Assembly: GCA_040905425.1 (NCBI GenBank)
Contig: JBBDRO010000007.1
Location: 1 to 62,048 of the forward strand
Origin: Gemmatimonadota bacterium
GTDB lineage: Bacteria; Gemmatimonadota; Gemmatimonadetes; Longimicrobiales; RSA9
Length of the DNA stretch: 62,048 nucleotides
Direction of reading: 5' to 3'
Shown: positions 60,827 to 62,048 of the stretch, piece after piece
How positions within the stretch are numbered: position 1 is the stretch's first letter
How the letters are laid out: each line of letters begins with the position of its first letter
Translations under genes and position numbers: made by a program
The notes under the pieces: generated by a model
Told to the model about the DNA's origin: nothing
Databases searched by the model: none
Seen by the model: only the letters and a program-made list of their open reading frames with translations

Positions 60827-62048
60827 TCGACACCACACCGTCCGGCAACGCGGGCACGGAGAGTTCATAGCGGTCGTCCGCCGTGGCGTTCCGGCCATCG
60901 ATCAGCAGCCCCCAGGCGCCACCGCGCTCCACGGCCGTGGCCTTTGCCATGGAAACACCGGGCGTGACCCGCGGCCACGCCACCACCGGGTCGGACGCTT
61001 CGGCGCTGCCCGCCGGGCGGCTGGCGCGCAGCTGATACTGATGGTACTGCGTCCAGGCTGGTAGATCTGAGAAATCCTCGAGGTCGTCGGCGTAGAGCGC
61101 CACCCGGGCGCGGGTGATGAGCTCACCCAGCGAGGCCGCCACGCCGGCGCTCCCCACCGCCGCGTCCGCGCTGGCCGACACACCGCCCTGCACCAGGAAA
61201 TGGACCAGGGCGGCATGCCAGTCTCCACCCCTCCAGGCCACCTGATCCGCCAGGTAGTCGAAGACGTAGGAGGAGGCCCCGTAGCCACCGGTGAAGGCGG
61301 CGCCCGCCAGCAGGAAGGTGGGCACGTCGTCCCGCACGTAGCTGTTGCCGTAGGAGGGATTGCGGGGCAGCACCACGTTGTCCACGCGTGACGGCTGCTG
61401 CGTGCCGAGCAGGCGTGCGGCCACCGACCAGCGCTCGCTGTGGCGCGCGAAGCCCTCCACCAGCCAGCGATTGCCGCGCACGTTGGTGCGCCCGGCGTCC
61501 TCCATGAGACCCCAGTGGCGCATGTGTGCGATCTCGTGGGTGATCAGGTGGTCGGCCACCCGGTGCGGATGCTGATTCAGCCCACGCGTGCGTCCGTCCG
61601 TGCCCACCCAGAAATCCCAGATGAAATAGTCCCCGCCGGAATACGTGTAACCCCAGATGTTGTTGCTGTACATCAGCGAATGGACCGCGATGACCCGGGG
61701 CGGGGTGCCGCCCTCGATGGAGGCGTTGTAGCCCCCGCTGAAGAGCCGGTCACCCTGGCGGCCGCCGAAGGCCGCGTACTCGGCGGCGAGCGCCGCCATG
61801 TCTGCTTCCGTCAGCGGCGTGTTCAGCTGACCACCCTCGCGAGTGAGCGTGCCCAGTCGGAGGTCCTCCGCGATGACCAGTTCATCCGAGACGTAGCGCA
61901 CCCCGGCGTGCTGCCAGCCGCGCGCGATGTCCAGCCGGGCGATGCCCTCCATGTGGACGCGCACCGTGTCCCCCACGGCAATGTCGGAGCGCACGGCCGC
62001 CAGGCCCGTGTCCGTGCCGCCGCGCACCAGCTCGGCGCGGGCGGCGCC
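60810..62048 (-). CDS. Zinc metallopeptidase-like protein, 5' end beyond the window
   Basis: Frame is open to the window edge; THEIAH followed by WLVEG (gluzincin spacing). Confidence 0.65.
   Translation of the reverse strand, partial: GAARAELVRGGTDTGLAAVRSDIAVGDTVRVHMEGIARLDIARGWQHAGVRYVSDELVIAEDLRLGTLTREGGQLNTPLTEADMAALAAEYAAFGGRQGDRLFSGGYNASIEGGTPPRVIAVHSLMYSNNIWGYTYSGGDYFIWDFWVGTDGRTRGLNQHPHRVADHLITHEIAHMRHWGLMEDAGRTNVRGNRWLVEGFARHSERWSVAARLLGTQQPSRVDNVVLPRNPSYGNSYVRDDVPTFLLAGAAFTGGYGASSYVFDYLADQVAWRGGDWHAALVHFLVQGGVSASADAAVGSAGVAASLGELITRARVALYADDLEDFSDLPAWTQYHQYQLRASRPAGSAEASDPVVAWPRVTPGVSMAKATAVERGGAWGLLIDGRNATADDRYELSVPALPDGVVSITRLR

Overview
Very GC-rich bacterial chromosomal segment. 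The gene families (DUF4159/MoxR cluster, PorV-like barrel, barrel-less plug protein, DUF5916) suggest Gemmatimonadota, by inference only. About 52 CDS; no tRNA, rRNA, CRISPR or mobile element was seen. Three blocks. (1) 0.2-16 kb: a coupled MoxR/DUF58/vWA/BatA operon with two DUF4159 paralogues, a caspase-fold protein lacking the catalytic Cys, a TPR-zinc peptidase and a giant coiled-coil protein with a QQQG repeat. (2) 16-40 kb: mixed housekeeping and secreted enzymes (nfo, Trx-fold/ArsC fusion, M24/M28/M16 peptidases, PabB-PabC fusion, sensor kinase, nitrilase). (3) 40.4-59.8 kb, the most interesting part: a respiratory supercluster. A maturation-like module (ferredoxin, Mrp ATPase without its CxxC, Zn-ribbon protein, ABC pair, tandem USP, AhbD-like radical SAM) carries four copies of the small PCP_red domain across three proteins. 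It is followed by a CydB-less cytochrome bd-like subunit, three c-type cytochromes (five CxxCH), a cupredoxin lipoprotein, a complete A1-type heme-copper oxidase, an unannotated 46-aa membrane peptide, a ~185-nt unbranched RNA-like rod with tandem G-A pairs abutting the next RBS, and a membrane-anchored HmuY. All family calls are from motif recognition, not database searches.
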